Of a stretch of DNA of 64,000 nt, positions 12,694 to 28,950 are shown in pieces. The notes under the pieces were generated by a model. The model made no database searches. It was not told the origin of the DNA and was given only the letters and a program-made list of their open reading frames with translations. Every line of letters begins with the position of its first letter. Position 1 is the first letter of the stretch. Made by a program: the position numbers and the translations under genes. Source of the DNA: the human T2T-CHM13v2.0 reference genome, Homo sapiens. Location of the stretch: assembly GCF_009914755.1 (NCBI RefSeq), contig NC_060942.1. One strand, 5' to 3'.

Positions 12694-14109
12694 GTTATGT
12701 GATTCTCTAGAATTTCTCCTGTATTGATAAAATGAATGTTTGCTGTCATTTTAAAGATCTAGGAAAATTTTTCTCCAACATCAATCTTAGTTTTGAAGAG
12801 GTTACAAAATCTTTGTTTCCTCGAGTTGTAAGTAAAATAAAAATGATTATAAAACTTAAAATCCCCATTATAGTTTCCATATGAAACATTTGCAAGTCAA
12901 AGAAAGTTTTGCTTTGGTTTTACAGGATTGTTACTCCTATGCCATGATCAGATCATTCATGTGATCTCTAACATCGATGTGAGATTGACATATGATGGAA
13001 TAGGGTGTTGGCAAACACTTGCTTTTAATGTGAGGAAAATCCACCAGTGCAGTGGTGAGGAGGTGAGGACCTTGGCCATTGCTGGCATTGGAGGTGGTGG
13101 AGTAGATCGCATGAGTAACCCAGTGCTGCCTCGGACGGGACGGGTACATCTGTCTACAACTGCCTCAAGCCTTTTCATCCCTCACACTAACCTAGGCCCC
13201 ATTTTAGCCTGTTTCAATAATAAAGTAATATTTAAGTATATATACTATGAATATGTATATATATGTACTTATGAAATATTTAAGTATATATAAATTACTA
13301 AAGTAACACTGAATTCTATTTGCTTTAGAAGTACCTTATCTATCAGTTTGCTCAGCATGGAGAAGGGAAGAAAATTGTTATTTCTTGAATTTTCCTCTCA
13401 GACTTCAATGCCTGGCACTCATGTTGCAAATGTTGAGAAATAAAATCAAAGAGTAATTATTCTGTGGCTAGTTGGAGCAGCTCTGTTAGGGCCAGTCTAG
13501 GAGGTGCTCTTGTGGATGGTGGCAGCTTGTGTCATGCATGCACTGGACAAGTCCACATGGCATATGGCTCTGTGACTCACAGCGCAAATAGTGTTAACTT
13601 TGGCCAGTGATTGGAGCTTATGGCAGCTTTACTTGCAGATGTTTTGCAGTTGCTGTCAAGGCAAGTGTGTACTTAACAAATGGCTTCCATCCAATGGTGT
13701 CCAGATTGTTTGGGGCAGGGCAAATACAGGCAGGACAGGGGGTCAAGCCAGTGGTAGCTAACATGTATGGGCTGCACCAATGGCATGCACCTTTCCCAGA
13801 CAGGCATGATTGAGCGACGGATTACATTTCCTCCTCACAAGAAAAGTTGATGCCTCTGTCACTAAACAGAGCTCAATCTCAGTGCAATTCTGGGATAGCT
13901 GAACCATGGGGATCTAAGTGGGACAGAAATGAAGAAACTGTGAATGTGCTGATGGGGATAGAGTTGTGCTACAAATAAGACTCAGGAATAGGATTGCCAA
14001 TGTTGAAATATTTTCAACTTTGCAATAAGGCAAATGCCTTCCATATTTGGTTATCCTGAAGAAAAGAAAAGGTCCCTTACCCCAAATTTTGTCCAAATGT
14101 GAAGACTGG

Positions 14110-14110
<1 letters not shown>

Positions 14111-14147
<37 letters not shown>
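14111..14147. repeat. (CA)n microsatellite
   Basis: About 18 CA units. Confidence 0.95.
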
Positions 14148-14149
<2 letters not shown>

Positions 14150-14453
14150 CAAGACAATATAGAAAGGTTTATTGCTCATATAACAAGGCTTTCTTGCGAG
14201 AACAGGGTGGCTCCTTAGTGGGTTCAAAAATGGTTTGAGAGAACAGACAAAGTTGTTGGGCCTGGGGTTTTTACTGAGGTCAGTGATGGGGAAGGAGTGA
14301 GTGTTCCCATAGGTAGTTTGAAATTCCCACTGACACCAAAGGAGGGAGCACCTCAACATGGTTATCAACTTTCCCAGGTACAGAGTAGGAGGAAAACGGA
14401 GACGTGAGGGTTCAAACCTGTGTGTGGTCAAACATCAAAAAATGGAGGCTGAC

Positions 14454-14920
14454 TGTGTGTTAGCTTCCTAGGGCTGCTGGAACAAGTGACTACAAACTGG
14501 TGGCTTAAAATGACAGATTATTTGTTGCCTCACAGTTTTGGAGGCTGGAAATCTGATATCAAGATGTCTCCCGGGATGATTCCTCCTGGAGGCTCTGAGG
14601 CAGAATTTGTTTCAGGCTTCTCTTTTAGCTTCTGGTGATGGCTGGCAGTTCTTAGATTTTCTTGGCTCATAGAAGCATCACTGTGATCTCTTGCTTCTGC
14701 CTCATCATGGTCTCCTTGTGTATCTGTCTTTGTGTCTCTTTTCCTCTTCCTATAAGAGCACCAGTCATATTTGATTAAAGGCCCACCCTACTCCATTGTG
14801 ACCTCAACTAAATTACATCTTAATTACTTCCAGATCCCATTTCCAAATAAAGTCACATTGACACATACCATGGGTTAGGATGTCAGCATATATTTTGGGG
14901 ATACACAATTCAAACCACAA
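14454..14920 (-). mobile_element. MLT1B/C (MaLR) solo LTR
   Basis: tgtgtgttagcttcctagggctgct...acaaactggtggcttaaa...acacaattcaaaccacaa; 5-bp TSD ctgac (14449-14453 / 14921-14925). Confidence 0.88.
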
Positions 14921-15516
14921 CTGACTATTAAATGTTACATGCCAGTCTTTGACAGAAGTGATTAATGTTTGTATATAAGGCAAACATAATGGCAGACATA
15001 ACTTCTTGATGGTTAATTTATCCGTACTGTAAATTTAATTGGTCATGGGCCACTGGCATAGATTGGGTGGGTGTCTGGTAGGGCTGAAAGAAATAATTTT
15101 CTCCATTTATCCTTCTTCCCTCAGTGCCATTGAGTTTCTGCTATGATTTTTGCCATTACTAACCACTGGGTAATAAGAATAAAATTTTGCTTCATTAACT
15201 TCATTAGAGGCTGCATAGTGCTTTGTTTTCTAAATGTGCTGGGTATAGAGACAGCACAGTAATCATCTTTGAACTCTTTAAAAGAGGCACTGTAATTAAG
15301 GTAATTTATGGCTGGTTTGTAACAGCTCTAGCTGTATTTCTGGGGATGCCTGGATGTCTGGCTTTAACTTTTGGCCAAGATAATGGTAATGGAATTTATA
15401 ATGTTCTGTTTAAATTCTGACCCTTAGGGCCAAATTTTTAACTTATGAATTTCAACTGGCATAATGGGTTAGACATCCTGACCTGACTATGGGTCAGAGG
15501 TACGTTAAAAATCTTG

Positions 15517-15860
<344 letters not shown>

Positions 15861-16755
15861 AACTCCCTTGCATCTCTGTCTTGAGATCTCTGAAGCTTAG
15901 ATTCATTACATGGTTCAATTCACAAAGCACATTAGTGTGTGAATAAAGACCCTGAGGAGTTAGCACTGGGATCTCTCAAACGCTCAATGCTTGCCTTCAC
16001 TCCAGTCTCTTTCTCTAAATGGACCTATCAGTTGCCTTTAAACTAAAGCCTTGCAGGAGAATGCTCTATGGAGTCTTGTCCTTTCAGATACATGAACTCC
16101 TGAAATCTTTGGAGAGGTTGAGGGAAGGCTTGGGAGTAAATTAACACAAAGTTTGTGGTCTGAAGACACTTCAGTCATTTCAATGAGTGATTGCCTAGCT
16201 TGCAGCTGTTGAAAGAACTTCAAGTCTGTCTGATTATTTAGAAGAAAAAAACTTCAAATTTGTCCAGTTATTATTATTATTTTGTTGTTGTCATTGTTTC
16301 TGTTTTTTAGTTGAGTGTGAGCGGAAAAAGAAACTGGGGATAAATTAATTTTTTTGTCCTACAAGGTTAAGACATTTTTATTTTGGATTTAAATTCTTTT
16401 GGATTTTGAAGTCTTTGGACTTCGACACTTTTAGAATTTGCATTTAATTTCTTTCTGAAAATATTGTTAATGAGACTATATCCAACATATGGGACATTTT
16501 CTATATTGTTGGAATTTTATTATCAGAACATGTTTAGGCAATTTATTATTTTAATATCTTATTGTAATTCAGTTTCACTGAGGATCTTCTGATATGCTCT
16601 GTTGAAATTCTTAACTGGACACAGTTTGGATAGGAAATGAGATAGAGAAATAATTTTTGGCTTTGGTGGCAGACTTGTCTTGGAACTAAGTAATTTGTTG
16701 TTCTGACAATTTTTAGATCCATATGGGACAAAATCAATACTAACAACTATTGAAC

Positions 16756-17275
16756 TGTGGAGGTTTTAAAATTTTCTGAAAATTTTTTGATACTCCTTTT
16801 ATAAGAGTTGGGGGCTTATGTCTTTTATCTTGAATCTGGGCCCTTTCAGTGACTAGCTTGTAAACAATATAACACAGAGAAAGTGAAGTTCCTAACTGCT
16901 AGGGCTAGGTAGAAAAAGCCATACTGCATCCTCCTGGTTCTCTTGGCACATTTGTTTTGGAGCCATGAGTTGCTACATAAGAAGTCCAACCACCTGGTGT
17001 AGTAACCTTTAGGTGTTCGGGTTGACACCATCAGTTGAGGTCTCATACCATGGATTCAACCGTGTAGGACCAATCACCAGCCATGTGCATGAAGACGCCT
17101 CTCAATGATTCCCCGGCTGCGTGGTTACCCCCAGCTGTTAAATTGCTCCAGCCAAGACCCCAGAGATGGTGGAGCATGTGTAAGACATTCACACTGCTTC
17201 ATTATGTGAGCATTGAAAAGTTATTGTACATCACTATGTTTTCAATACTTAGTTATGCAGCAGTTGTAACTAGAG
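16756..17275 (+). mobile_element. MLT1 (G/H-like) LTR
   Basis: tgtggagg...ttttttgatactcct...cttgaatctggg...gctagg...ttatgcagcagttgtaactaga, typical of old MLT1. Confidence 0.7.
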
Positions 17276-17871
17276 AATGCTCTCCGAAGTCTATCCAAAG
17301 GGGTAGTAGTTAGCACTGGGGATGCAATCCAGTCAAGACTGAAGTTGAACATCCTGACTGTTATTGAGTTTCCTTCCTCTAGGAAAATAGCCACAGTCCT
17401 GATGGGACCATGGCATTAACCCAGAGAGCTAGGAGAATGCAAAGCTGAGCACCATCAGGGCAGACCTATTCATCTTCACTTCTGGAGTCAGTAGGAGAGA
17501 CTCTTATTACCTTCCCAGTTACTCCCCACAGAGGTAGGAGAGGAGGCAGTGGAAGTGATGGACTTCTTGTAATTTGAGAAGAAGTGGGGTGTGCTTGGTT
17601 CAGCTCACATATTTCTCTTTTCCTCACTGGGGGCCAGCCTGACCACAGAGAACATACGGCCCTGTTTCAGCTGCCCATGTTATGCATGTAGGGGGCCTGG
17701 CTCACGTAGGGCAAGCATGTGGGGTTGCAGTGTCTTCTGTGACTAGGACTAAGTCTGTAAGTCAACTAGGAAGCGTATTCTCTCCTGCCTCCCACACCGT
17801 ATAGTACCTCCTACAACTCAGTCTGTGAAAACAAAATATTTGTCCTTCAATGCCCTCATTTCATTTAAAAA

Positions 17872-18330
17872 ATTAATTTTTTTTTAATGAAGATATAATT
17901 GTACATATTTATGAGATACATAGTGATGTTTTGATATGTATAATGTATAGTGATCAGATTAGTGAGCGTATCTATCACCTCAAATATTTGGTGCTTCTTG
18001 TGCTGGGAATATTAAAAATCCTCTCTTCCAGCTATTTTGAAATATACTAGAAATTCTCATTAACTATAATCACCCTACTGTGCCATCAAACACAAGAACT
18101 TATTTCTTCTATCTAATTGTATTTTTGTACCTATTAACCTACCTCCCTTCATGCCTCCCGCCCTTTTCCAGACTCTAGTAACCACGATTTTCCTTTCTAC
18201 TTCTATGAGATAAACCTTTTAAGCTTTCACATGTGAGTGAGAACATGTGCTATTTATCTTTCTGTTCCTGGCTTATTTCATTAACATAATGTCCTGCACG
18301 CTCATTCATGTTGTCCAATGGCCTGATTTC
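17872..18330 (-). mobile_element. L1MA 3' end fragment
   Basis: ataattgtacatatttatg...gctattttgaaatatac...gagtgagaacatgtgctatttatctttctg; T-rich left end. Confidence 0.85.
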
Positions 18331-19164
18331 TAATCTCATTTTTATTACATTCAGAACTCAGGTGGGGATGGGGGGTACCATTTATTGGGCTTCCTTAAGA
18401 TGCCAAGACAGTTCTCCTGTATTTATCTCATACACTCAGTCATACTATTTACATGGTCATGTGATTCATCCAACCACAGACAGAGTAGATCTTTATTGTT
18501 ATTACTAATTTATAGCAAATTTTAAAAAACATATGCAACGCATGACATCTTGTCCTAATCCTTAGAAACAGACTCCAGATTTATGCTTAGAAACCAACCT
18601 TTCAATATATTACTGCCACATTAAGAGCTTCTTTCAAAAGAGCGAAACTTTGCATAATTTCTGGGCACTTAGAGTTACTTTAACTGTTTCTGAATGCTAT
18701 CCATCACGTGACAAGGTGATAAAACATTTGTAGATTACTAAAGAAAACAGTTCAAGTGTTTTCAGCTGGGAATCCTTTTCAACTATGATAAATTTCAAAG
18801 GGCTGCCAGAAGATTTATTAACTTTTTCTCAGAAATAAATCTTAAACAGGTTGCTACCCAGTGTGATATGCTTTCTTCATAATCCAAGCCATACTGAGAT
18901 TGCACAAAAAATGACAAAGTCCCTAGTTATAGAATTCCTGAACAGCGAAATGATGGCTTCAGAGGTAATAACAGCCTAGTATCTTTCATTTCAAGAAAAA
19001 CACAATTTTCTAACTTCTACCTCTACAGGCAAAAAATTTACTTCTAAAATTCTTTTGAGTCTTATACCTTAGTGTTTAAATTTTATCCCTAAATTAGTAA
19101 TTTTTCTTTCTTTTCGTCCCACGGATTCCATGTCATTATTGGGTTATCTTCTTTTTTTTTAAAA

Positions 19165-20624
19165 AAATGATAGTTTTATTAAAATATAATTGAGATATAA
19201 AAACCATACATATTTAATGTATGCAATTTTATAATTTTGGACATATAGATATTCCCATAAATATCATTACCACGATCAAGGTAATAAACACATCTATCAC
19301 CTTATATACCCCCTTTTTATGGTGAGAACATGTAACATAAGATCTATATTTATTTATTTATGTTTTAATTGACACATCATAACTATACACATTTATGGGG
19401 TACTGAGTGATATTTTGATACATGGATACAATGTGTAATGAGCAATTCAGCATAATGAGAACATCCATCATCTCAACCATTTGTCATTTCTTGGTGTTGG
19501 GAATATTCAAAATTCTCTCTTCTGGCTGTTTGAAGATATACAGGAAGTTATTAGCTATAGTCATCCTACAGTGTTGTAGAACACTAGAACTCATTCCTTC
19601 TATCTAATTGTAAGTCTGTATCCATTAACCATTCTTTTCCTGTTCTCTTTCTCTGCTCCCCTTCCCATCCTGTCATAATCAGTATTCTATTCTCTACTTC
19701 TATGAGATATTTTTCTTTCTCTCCCACATATGAGGGAGAACACAGAGTATTTGTCTTTCTCTTCCTGTCTTATTTTACTTAACATAATGTTCTGCAGGAT
19801 CATATCCTGGAAACAAACTTTTAATTTTAAAGTGCATAATATAGTATTGTTAGCTGCAGGCATGGTGTTGTACAGATTTCTAAAATTTATTCATCTTGCC
19901 TAACCTAAACTTTATACCCATTAAACAACAATTTTCTATCTTCCTATCCCCATCTAGCCCCTAGCAACTGCCATTCTATTCTCTATTTCTATGAGTTTGG
20001 CTATTATAGACACTTTATGTACATGGAATCATGCAGTATTTCACCTTCTATGACTGGTTTATTGCACTTAGCATAATGTACTCCAGGTTCATCCAAGTTG
20101 TCACATATGGCAGGACCTTCTTCTTTTCAAAGCTGAATACAGTGATACATCATTATATGTATATATCACATTTTTTCCGTTCATCTTGCAATGGACATTA
20201 GGTTGTTGGGTGTTGGCCACTGTGAATAATGTTGCGATGAACATGGGAGTTCAGATGTCTCTTTGAGATCTTCATTTTAATGCCTTTAGTTATATACCCA
20301 GCAATGGGATTGCTGAATTGTATAGTAGCTCTATTTTTAATTTTTTGAGAAACCTCTATTCTGTTTTCCCTAGTCATTTCACCATTTTAAATTTCCACCA
20401 ACACTGTTACAAGGGTTCCATTATCTCTATATGCTCACAAATGCTTGTTATCTTTTCTGCTTTTGGTAATAGCCTGACAAATGTGAGATGATATCTCATT
20501 GTGGTTTTGATTTTCGTTTCCCTGATAATTAGTGATGTTGAGCACCTTTTCATATACTTGATGGCCATTTATATGTCTTCTTTGGAGAAACATCTATTTA
20601 GGTACTTTGTCCATTATTAAACTG

Positions 20625-20687
<63 letters not shown>

Positions 20688-20735
20688 ATTGAGTTGTAGA
20701 ATTCCATTATATAATCTGGATATTAACCCCTTGTC
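19165..20735 (-). mobile_element. L1MA/L1MB 3' end with a second L1MA 3' end nested at ~19350-19805
   Basis: Outer L1 3'UTR breaks after acataagatcta and resumes ~19815; inner piece has its own T-rich end and a 3'UTR like 17872-18330; ORF2-end motifs (ttggagaaacatctatt) near 20580. Confidence 0.75.
20628..20682. repeat. (TG)n microsatellite
   Basis: About 27 TG units inside the L1. Confidence 0.95.
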
Positions 20736-21323
20736 TGACTGCCTGAACTAGAGTTCCAGATACAATTGAGGATTTTCTCATTGTATGCATCCTGATGAGA
20801 TTAGACCTGAATATAAAATCTACAGCATGAGCAAACAGGATGAGTGCTAGGCATCCATTTTACTAACTGGTAGTTTTGTAGTCAGCATGGTGGCAGAAAT
20901 TTCCTAATTTGACAGTTTCAAACAGCTCTTTTCCCAACGGAGTAATTTTCAATTCTTTCATCAGCAGTAGGGATAGCAACCTCCTCTATCAGCAACTTCT
21001 GGCAGCAATGATAGCACATTACCCAAATGCTTTGTAGGTAATATGTTCTGGAGTCATTCCTGGAAACATAGCCTAAAGCCGAGTGCTTTAGCCCTTCCTG
21101 TTTTACAAGCTATTTAATATGTAGTAAGACATCCCTTTTTCAACCTAGCTAAAGCCGATTCTGTTTTCTGCAATGGAACTCTAAAGTGTAAATTATTTAT
21201 GTAGTAAAAGTATAACAACATGCGTAGGATGATAAACTCCAAATAACCCAGAATAGTGGATTTGACTGGCAATGTGTGGCAGAGAAAAGCATACGAGGGA
21301 AATGGAATAAGAATGGGACATGC

Positions 21324-23412
<2,089 letters not shown>

Positions 23413-23562
23413 TCAATACTTTTCAGTAGTCACATGGTGCAGCTAAGGGGCAAATAATGACCTAGAAATTAGGTCAAAATAATCTATCATGCTGCACAGA
23501 GAGATAAAACAATAGAAAATAAAAAAGAGAAAGATATAGAGAAGATAGAAGATGTTCTCATA

Positions 23563-24171
23563 CAGTCACTTCTCATTATTGGCAAGATTTATGTTCTATA
23601 AAGCCACTGTGAATACTGGATTAGTTAATACTGAACCATTGTTCCTAGGAGAAGTAAAAAGTTCCTGTGAACATCTGTTCACATTTTTTCATTAATTAAT
23701 CAATATGTAATTTTGTTTTATGTGTGTTTTTGTTTAAAGGCACCTCACTTAATACATTCATGGCCAGCAGCACCATAACTCATGCCTGAATGAAGCTTAT
23801 TTAACACACGGATATTCACAGGCTTCTTGCACCAAGAAACACTAGACAGCACTTCAGCACTATGCTTGGGGGCCACTGTAAACAGAGAAATCACCAAGAA
23901 AAAGCACAAAAATGCACAAAACAAAACCAGAGCCCTGAATAGATAGCAAAAAGGACATTTGTTTACAGTATGAGAGCTGAAGCAAGAAGGCAGAGCATCA
24001 CCTTGTTTGACCTCAGCTAGAAACTTGTACATCAGGTGACCCAAATTTTTTGCCACTCTGAACATGTCCATCAATGACCATGAAAATAAGATTAATTTGG
24101 AGATTATAAATACATTTTAGCAAGTAGGTGAATCTGGAAATATGTAATCCGCAAATAATGAGTATTGATTA
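23563..24171. mobile_element. MER82-like Tc1/mariner (Tigger) non-autonomous element
   Basis: Begins TA|cagtcacttctcattatt, ends aataatgagtattgatta (degenerate TIR); internal ttctataaagccactgtgaatactg and ctcatgcctgaatgaagcttat motifs. Confidence 0.75.
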
Positions 24172-24404
24172 TGCTTAGAGTTCCAGAGAGAAAAAGAGGA
24201 AAGAAAGATGGGAAAAAGGCAACATTCAGGAAGATAATGACAGAATTTCTTAGAACCTATGAAGGACATCAATTGACAGATTAAAGAAACTCAAAGCAGA
24301 ATAATTGAAAAGAAACCCATTTCTTGATGCATAACAGTGAAAGTACAGAAAGACAAAAGATAAAATCTTAAAAGCAACCAGAAAAAAAGACAGAAACGCA
24401 TCAA

Positions 24405-24704
<300 letters not shown>

Positions 24705-25957
24705 TCAACATCAAGTAACAGTGATAAGACTGACATCTAACTTCTCATCAGCAACAATGGAAGCCAGGAGAAAGTTAAATGTTAGAGGAAAAGAAAATAA
24801 CTGCCAAAAGTTTTCAAAACCCAGTGAAGGCCAGGGAAAGGGGAAGGGAAAAGGGGAAAAAAATAAAAATAAATAAAGAAAAAAGAAAACAGTGAAAATG
24901 TCTGAAAAAAAAAAAAAACAAGCACAACCAACATAGGAAATATGGATGATCATTTTGCTTGTGTTTCATTCCTTGTTCACATCCCCTGCCTTCGTCCAAT
25001 AGGTAAACTCCTTCTAAATTTTTACTTAGCTTTAAATATTTTTAAACCTTATATAATTAATTTCATACTAATTTTCACTTAATGTTATGATTATAAGATT
25101 TATTCAATGTGATTGTTTTCAGTGCCAACAGTATTCCAAATTATGTGTATGTTACAATTTTTCATCCCTTGGGTTGTTTTGAATTTTGTATGATTACAAG
25201 AGATACTGCTGTAAACAATCTTATCTTTAGAGGTCTGTAGCTTTATCTTAATATGTCTTGGTGTATATTTCTTATTACTCAACCTTCTTGATAAATATTC
25301 TGGTTCCTACATCAGTGAATTCAAGTCTTTCATCAATTATAGAAAAATCTCAGCCATTACTTTTTTGAAAATTGCCTCTCCTCCATTCGAAACCCTAACG
25401 AGACTAATTTAAACCAGTCTGTTTTTTTTATGACTTAACTTCTCTTTTATATTTTCCCTCTGCTTGTTCTGTAATATGGGTAACTTATTCAACTCTGATT
25501 TCTAAAATAATATTGTCTAGTATGTTTATCTTATATATTGAGTTAAAAAATTGTAAAGTACAATGATTTCATTTTTTTAAAAAAGAATGGGGAATGCAAA
25601 TAATTTCATGGCATTATTTTTCAATTTTTATTTCTTAAGTGATCAATGAGTGCCTGCATATTTACTATGTCAATTCTTACACTTTTCGTGCTTGAGAAAT
25701 ATTTTCTTTAATCTCACCAGGTATTCTTTGGAATTTTGTGGATGCGTTTTCTCAGCTGAAAGAGAGCCTGGATCTTCATTTTCTTCTGATGATCTCTTAT
25801 GAAAACTTAGATATCTCCAGTCTTGGGGATAAAGATATGAGTGATACAAATTAGTTAACAAGCTTATTACAGATGGTCTCAACCACTTCCACTCATATGA
25901 ACACACACCTCACATACCACACACATTACCACACATGCAAAGATAAGAAACATAGCA

Positions 25958-26287
25958 TTCTCTCTCCTTTCCTCTCTCTCCTCTCTCTCTCTTTTTGAGA
26001 CAGTCTTGCTCTGTCACCCAGGCTGGAGTGCAGTGGTATGATCATGGCTCATGGCAGCCTCGAACTCCTAGACTCATGCGATCCTCCCACTTCTACCTCC
26101 AGAATAGCTAGGACCAGAGGGTATGCCACTGCATTTGGCTAATTATTATTTTACAAAAAAAAAAAATGTAGGGATTGGGTCTTGCCTTGCTGCCAAGGCT
26201 GGTTTCGAACTCCTGGGCTTATGCAATTCTCCCATCTGGTCCTCTCAAAGTATTGGGATCACAGACATGAGCCACCACACCCATCCA
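25958..26287 (-). mobile_element. AluJ element with (TC)-rich tail
   Basis: Diverged reverse-complement Alu with J-type features (atcatggctca, gatcctccc, ctcctgggct). Confidence 0.9.
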
Positions 26288-26903
26288 GTATTATCTTTTT
26301 ATGTGATTTATATTAATATATACATACTAAAGTTTTATAAACATGGAGTGACTTTTTTTCAATAATAAAAATGATTCAAATATTCTATTTTCTTTTTTAA
26401 ACACTCCATATGGGTTGTGTACAGACAGGTTAAAACTCAATTCCTCTCTCTCTTCTTCAAAGCCTTTTGATTGTAATCAATCTATCAATACTGTTGTATA
26501 GCAGTTTCCTCCTTTGGAAAACAGAAAAACATATTATTACTTGGGTGTAAATTATTTATTTCACAAAATATTTGAGGAGGTTTACAATCAAAATTATAAA
26601 AAACAATAGCAAGACTTTTGGCAAAATGAAAGGAACACAAATAATTCCCTCTCTGTCTTTTAAAATCCCGTTTAAACATCCAGTAGATTAAAAAAATACA
26701 GAAAAATCTGCATGTTCACTGGAAATCAGTCAGAGGTGTGTATATTCCACATTTTAAAGAACTAGAGGAATTGCTGTTAAATTTAGTATGAAAGTAACTG
26801 AACTGAGCAAGCCTATGTAGAAGTGGTATGAGTCTTCTGAGACAAGGATACGCAGACAGTAGTGGTGGCTGAACATTGTAGACAGTACAAAATTTGAGGG
26901 GAA

Positions 26904-27082
26904 GGCTGGGCATGGTGGCTCACAGCTGTAATCCTGGAGATTTGGGAGGCTGAGGTGGGCAGATTGCTTGAGACCAGGAGTTTGATGTTGCAGTGTGTTG
27001 TGATTCCACCGCTGTACTCCAGCCTGCGTGACAGAGTGAGCCCATGTCTCTATTGAAAACAAAAGAAAAGGAAAGAAAAAAA
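26904..27082 (+). mobile_element. Monomeric Alu (FAM/FRAM-like) with TSD
   Basis: Single ~150-bp monomer plus A-rich tail; TSD aaaat(t)tgagggga (26889-26902 / 27080-27092). Confidence 0.85.
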
Positions 27083-27123
27083 ATTGAGGGGAGAGGGTTG
27101 GAAGCAAAAATGGCTGGGGAGAC

Positions 27124-27475
27124 TGTTACGGACTGAATGTGTCTCCTCAAATTCCTATGCTGAAATCCTAACTCCCAATGTAATGGTGTTAGAAGCTGGA
27201 GCCATTGGTACGTGATTAGATACTGACTGGAGCTTTCATGAATAGGATCAGTACTCTCATAAGAGAAGCTTAAGAGAGATCTCTAGCTCCTTCCACCATG
27301 TGAGCATGCAGGGAGAAGATGGAAGTCAATGAAGAGGAAACGAGCCCTTAACAGACACTGACTCTGCTAATATTTGGACTTCCCAGGCTCCAGAACTGTG
27401 AGAAATAAACTTTTGTTGTTTATAAGCCACCCAGTCTATGGTATTCTGTTATAGCAACCTGAATGGAATAAGATG
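27124..27475 (+). mobile_element. MLT1A (MaLR) solo LTR
   Basis: tgttacggactgaatgtgtc...ccagaactgtgagaaataaa...ttatagca...taagatg; 5-bp TSD gagac. Confidence 0.9.
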
Positions 27476-27999
27476 GAGACCATCAGATAAAACACTTTTA
27501 AAGTTTTTCTCTATTCTTTCATCTGGATTTATTGGAAAATGCAAGTAACTTGCATAGTTGGCATTTAGAAAACTATGTAGAGCCTAGAAGCAGAGAAAGC
27601 CTTAAACCTGCTCTCCTTCAAAGAGAGAAATAGGCTTATGGGAGGATGTGCTCCCCAGAAAACCTCTCCAAGTCTTTATTGTAGTCACTAAGCTCCTGGC
27701 TGTGGTTTGCATGAGGATCTAATTCATCATTATTTAGCTCAGCCTGCTGGACCTCTGGACTTGGAGACAGGCCCCGCTGTGGCTGATGTGGGCAGGCTCA
27801 AGCACTGAAAAGTTGTAATGGAAGAGAGAACAACCATGGAATCTATGAAAAATTCCATGCTTCAAAAGAAGATAATCCCCATTTCTCTACACATGAAAGA
27901 GATTCATTTTCTGCTGTAATAATTTTATTATAAGAAATAGAATAGGGATTTTTATATTTATAAAAGCTGCAATGTAAAGTAGAAATATAAAATCACAAA

Positions 28000-28950
28000 T
28001 ATTTCTATTTTGCTTAACTTGGAATGAAATATGTAAAGCAAAATCTGCCACAAAATTGTTAGAAAAGTAATTGAAATGGCAGCTGTCATGTATCCATGTA
28101 ATTAATCCATAACATATTTAAGACAAAAATAATATTTAAAAAATATTAATTACAAAATTGTATTAATGATCAAATTAAAAATTTGAACTCAATATTTGAG
28201 AATTCAATAACCATAGAAAAACCATAAGAATCAATCATGTAGAAGACCAATAAAATAATTTTATAAATTATAAATAATAGAAATAGTATATAGAGTTGCT
28301 ATATTTAGCAAATAAAAATACACATGCTTGAAACATTTCACATACTGTTCTAAATAAATATCAAACTGTAGATAAAAGAGCTATTCAATCAACACTATTA
28401 AGAAAATAAGAAAATGTGATAATTCTAAATATCAAAATACATGAAATTTAGCCGAAGATTTAAATAGAGATAAATACAAATTTTAAATAGTCTAATTATT
28501 AAACATTTTTTTAAATCAAGCAAAGTTTATATGGTTCATGGAAGATTTTCAATAAGTATTATTTTGAATCAATAAGTTATTTCAGGCAAAGAAATAAGAA
28601 CAAATAATATGAGAAATCAAAAATGAAGATGAGTAAATTTACTTAGGATATTAAAATAGTTAAATTTATATCAATAAGTTAATCCACAGTAAATTAATCT
28701 ATAGCTTCTAAAAGAAATATAACAAAAACCCTTAAACAATAAATAGATGGTTCTCTGAACTATTCTATCAATACAAAAGAAAACACAGCAAATTGAAGTA
28801 AGAAAGGCAATATAACAGATAAGGAAGAGATTCAATAACTCTGTAAGAGAAAGTTATCTTCTATTTATTCTACTAAATTTGCATACTTCAATAATGTTTT
28901 AAAATGCAAATTGCCAACGTTGATTATATATGAAAATATCCTCCGTAGAC
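28000..28950 (+). mobile_element. Very old L1M ORF2 fragment
   Basis: A-rich strand bias with residual ORF2-like stretches; boundaries uncertain. Confidence 0.5.

Larger units (their letters stand above)
14049..14939 (-). mobile_element. ERVL solo LTR (MER73/MER74-like), split by an MLT1 insertion
   Basis: Minus-strand AATAAA near 14167; ends caaaaaatggaggctgac...tattaaatgttaca across the MLT1; contains a (CA)n at 14111-14147. Confidence 0.55.

Noticed and set aside
20740-21190. Possible old ERVL LTR (also similar stretches at 17280-17820 and 30210-30570)
   Set aside because: LTR-like composition only; I could not assign family or termini with enough support.
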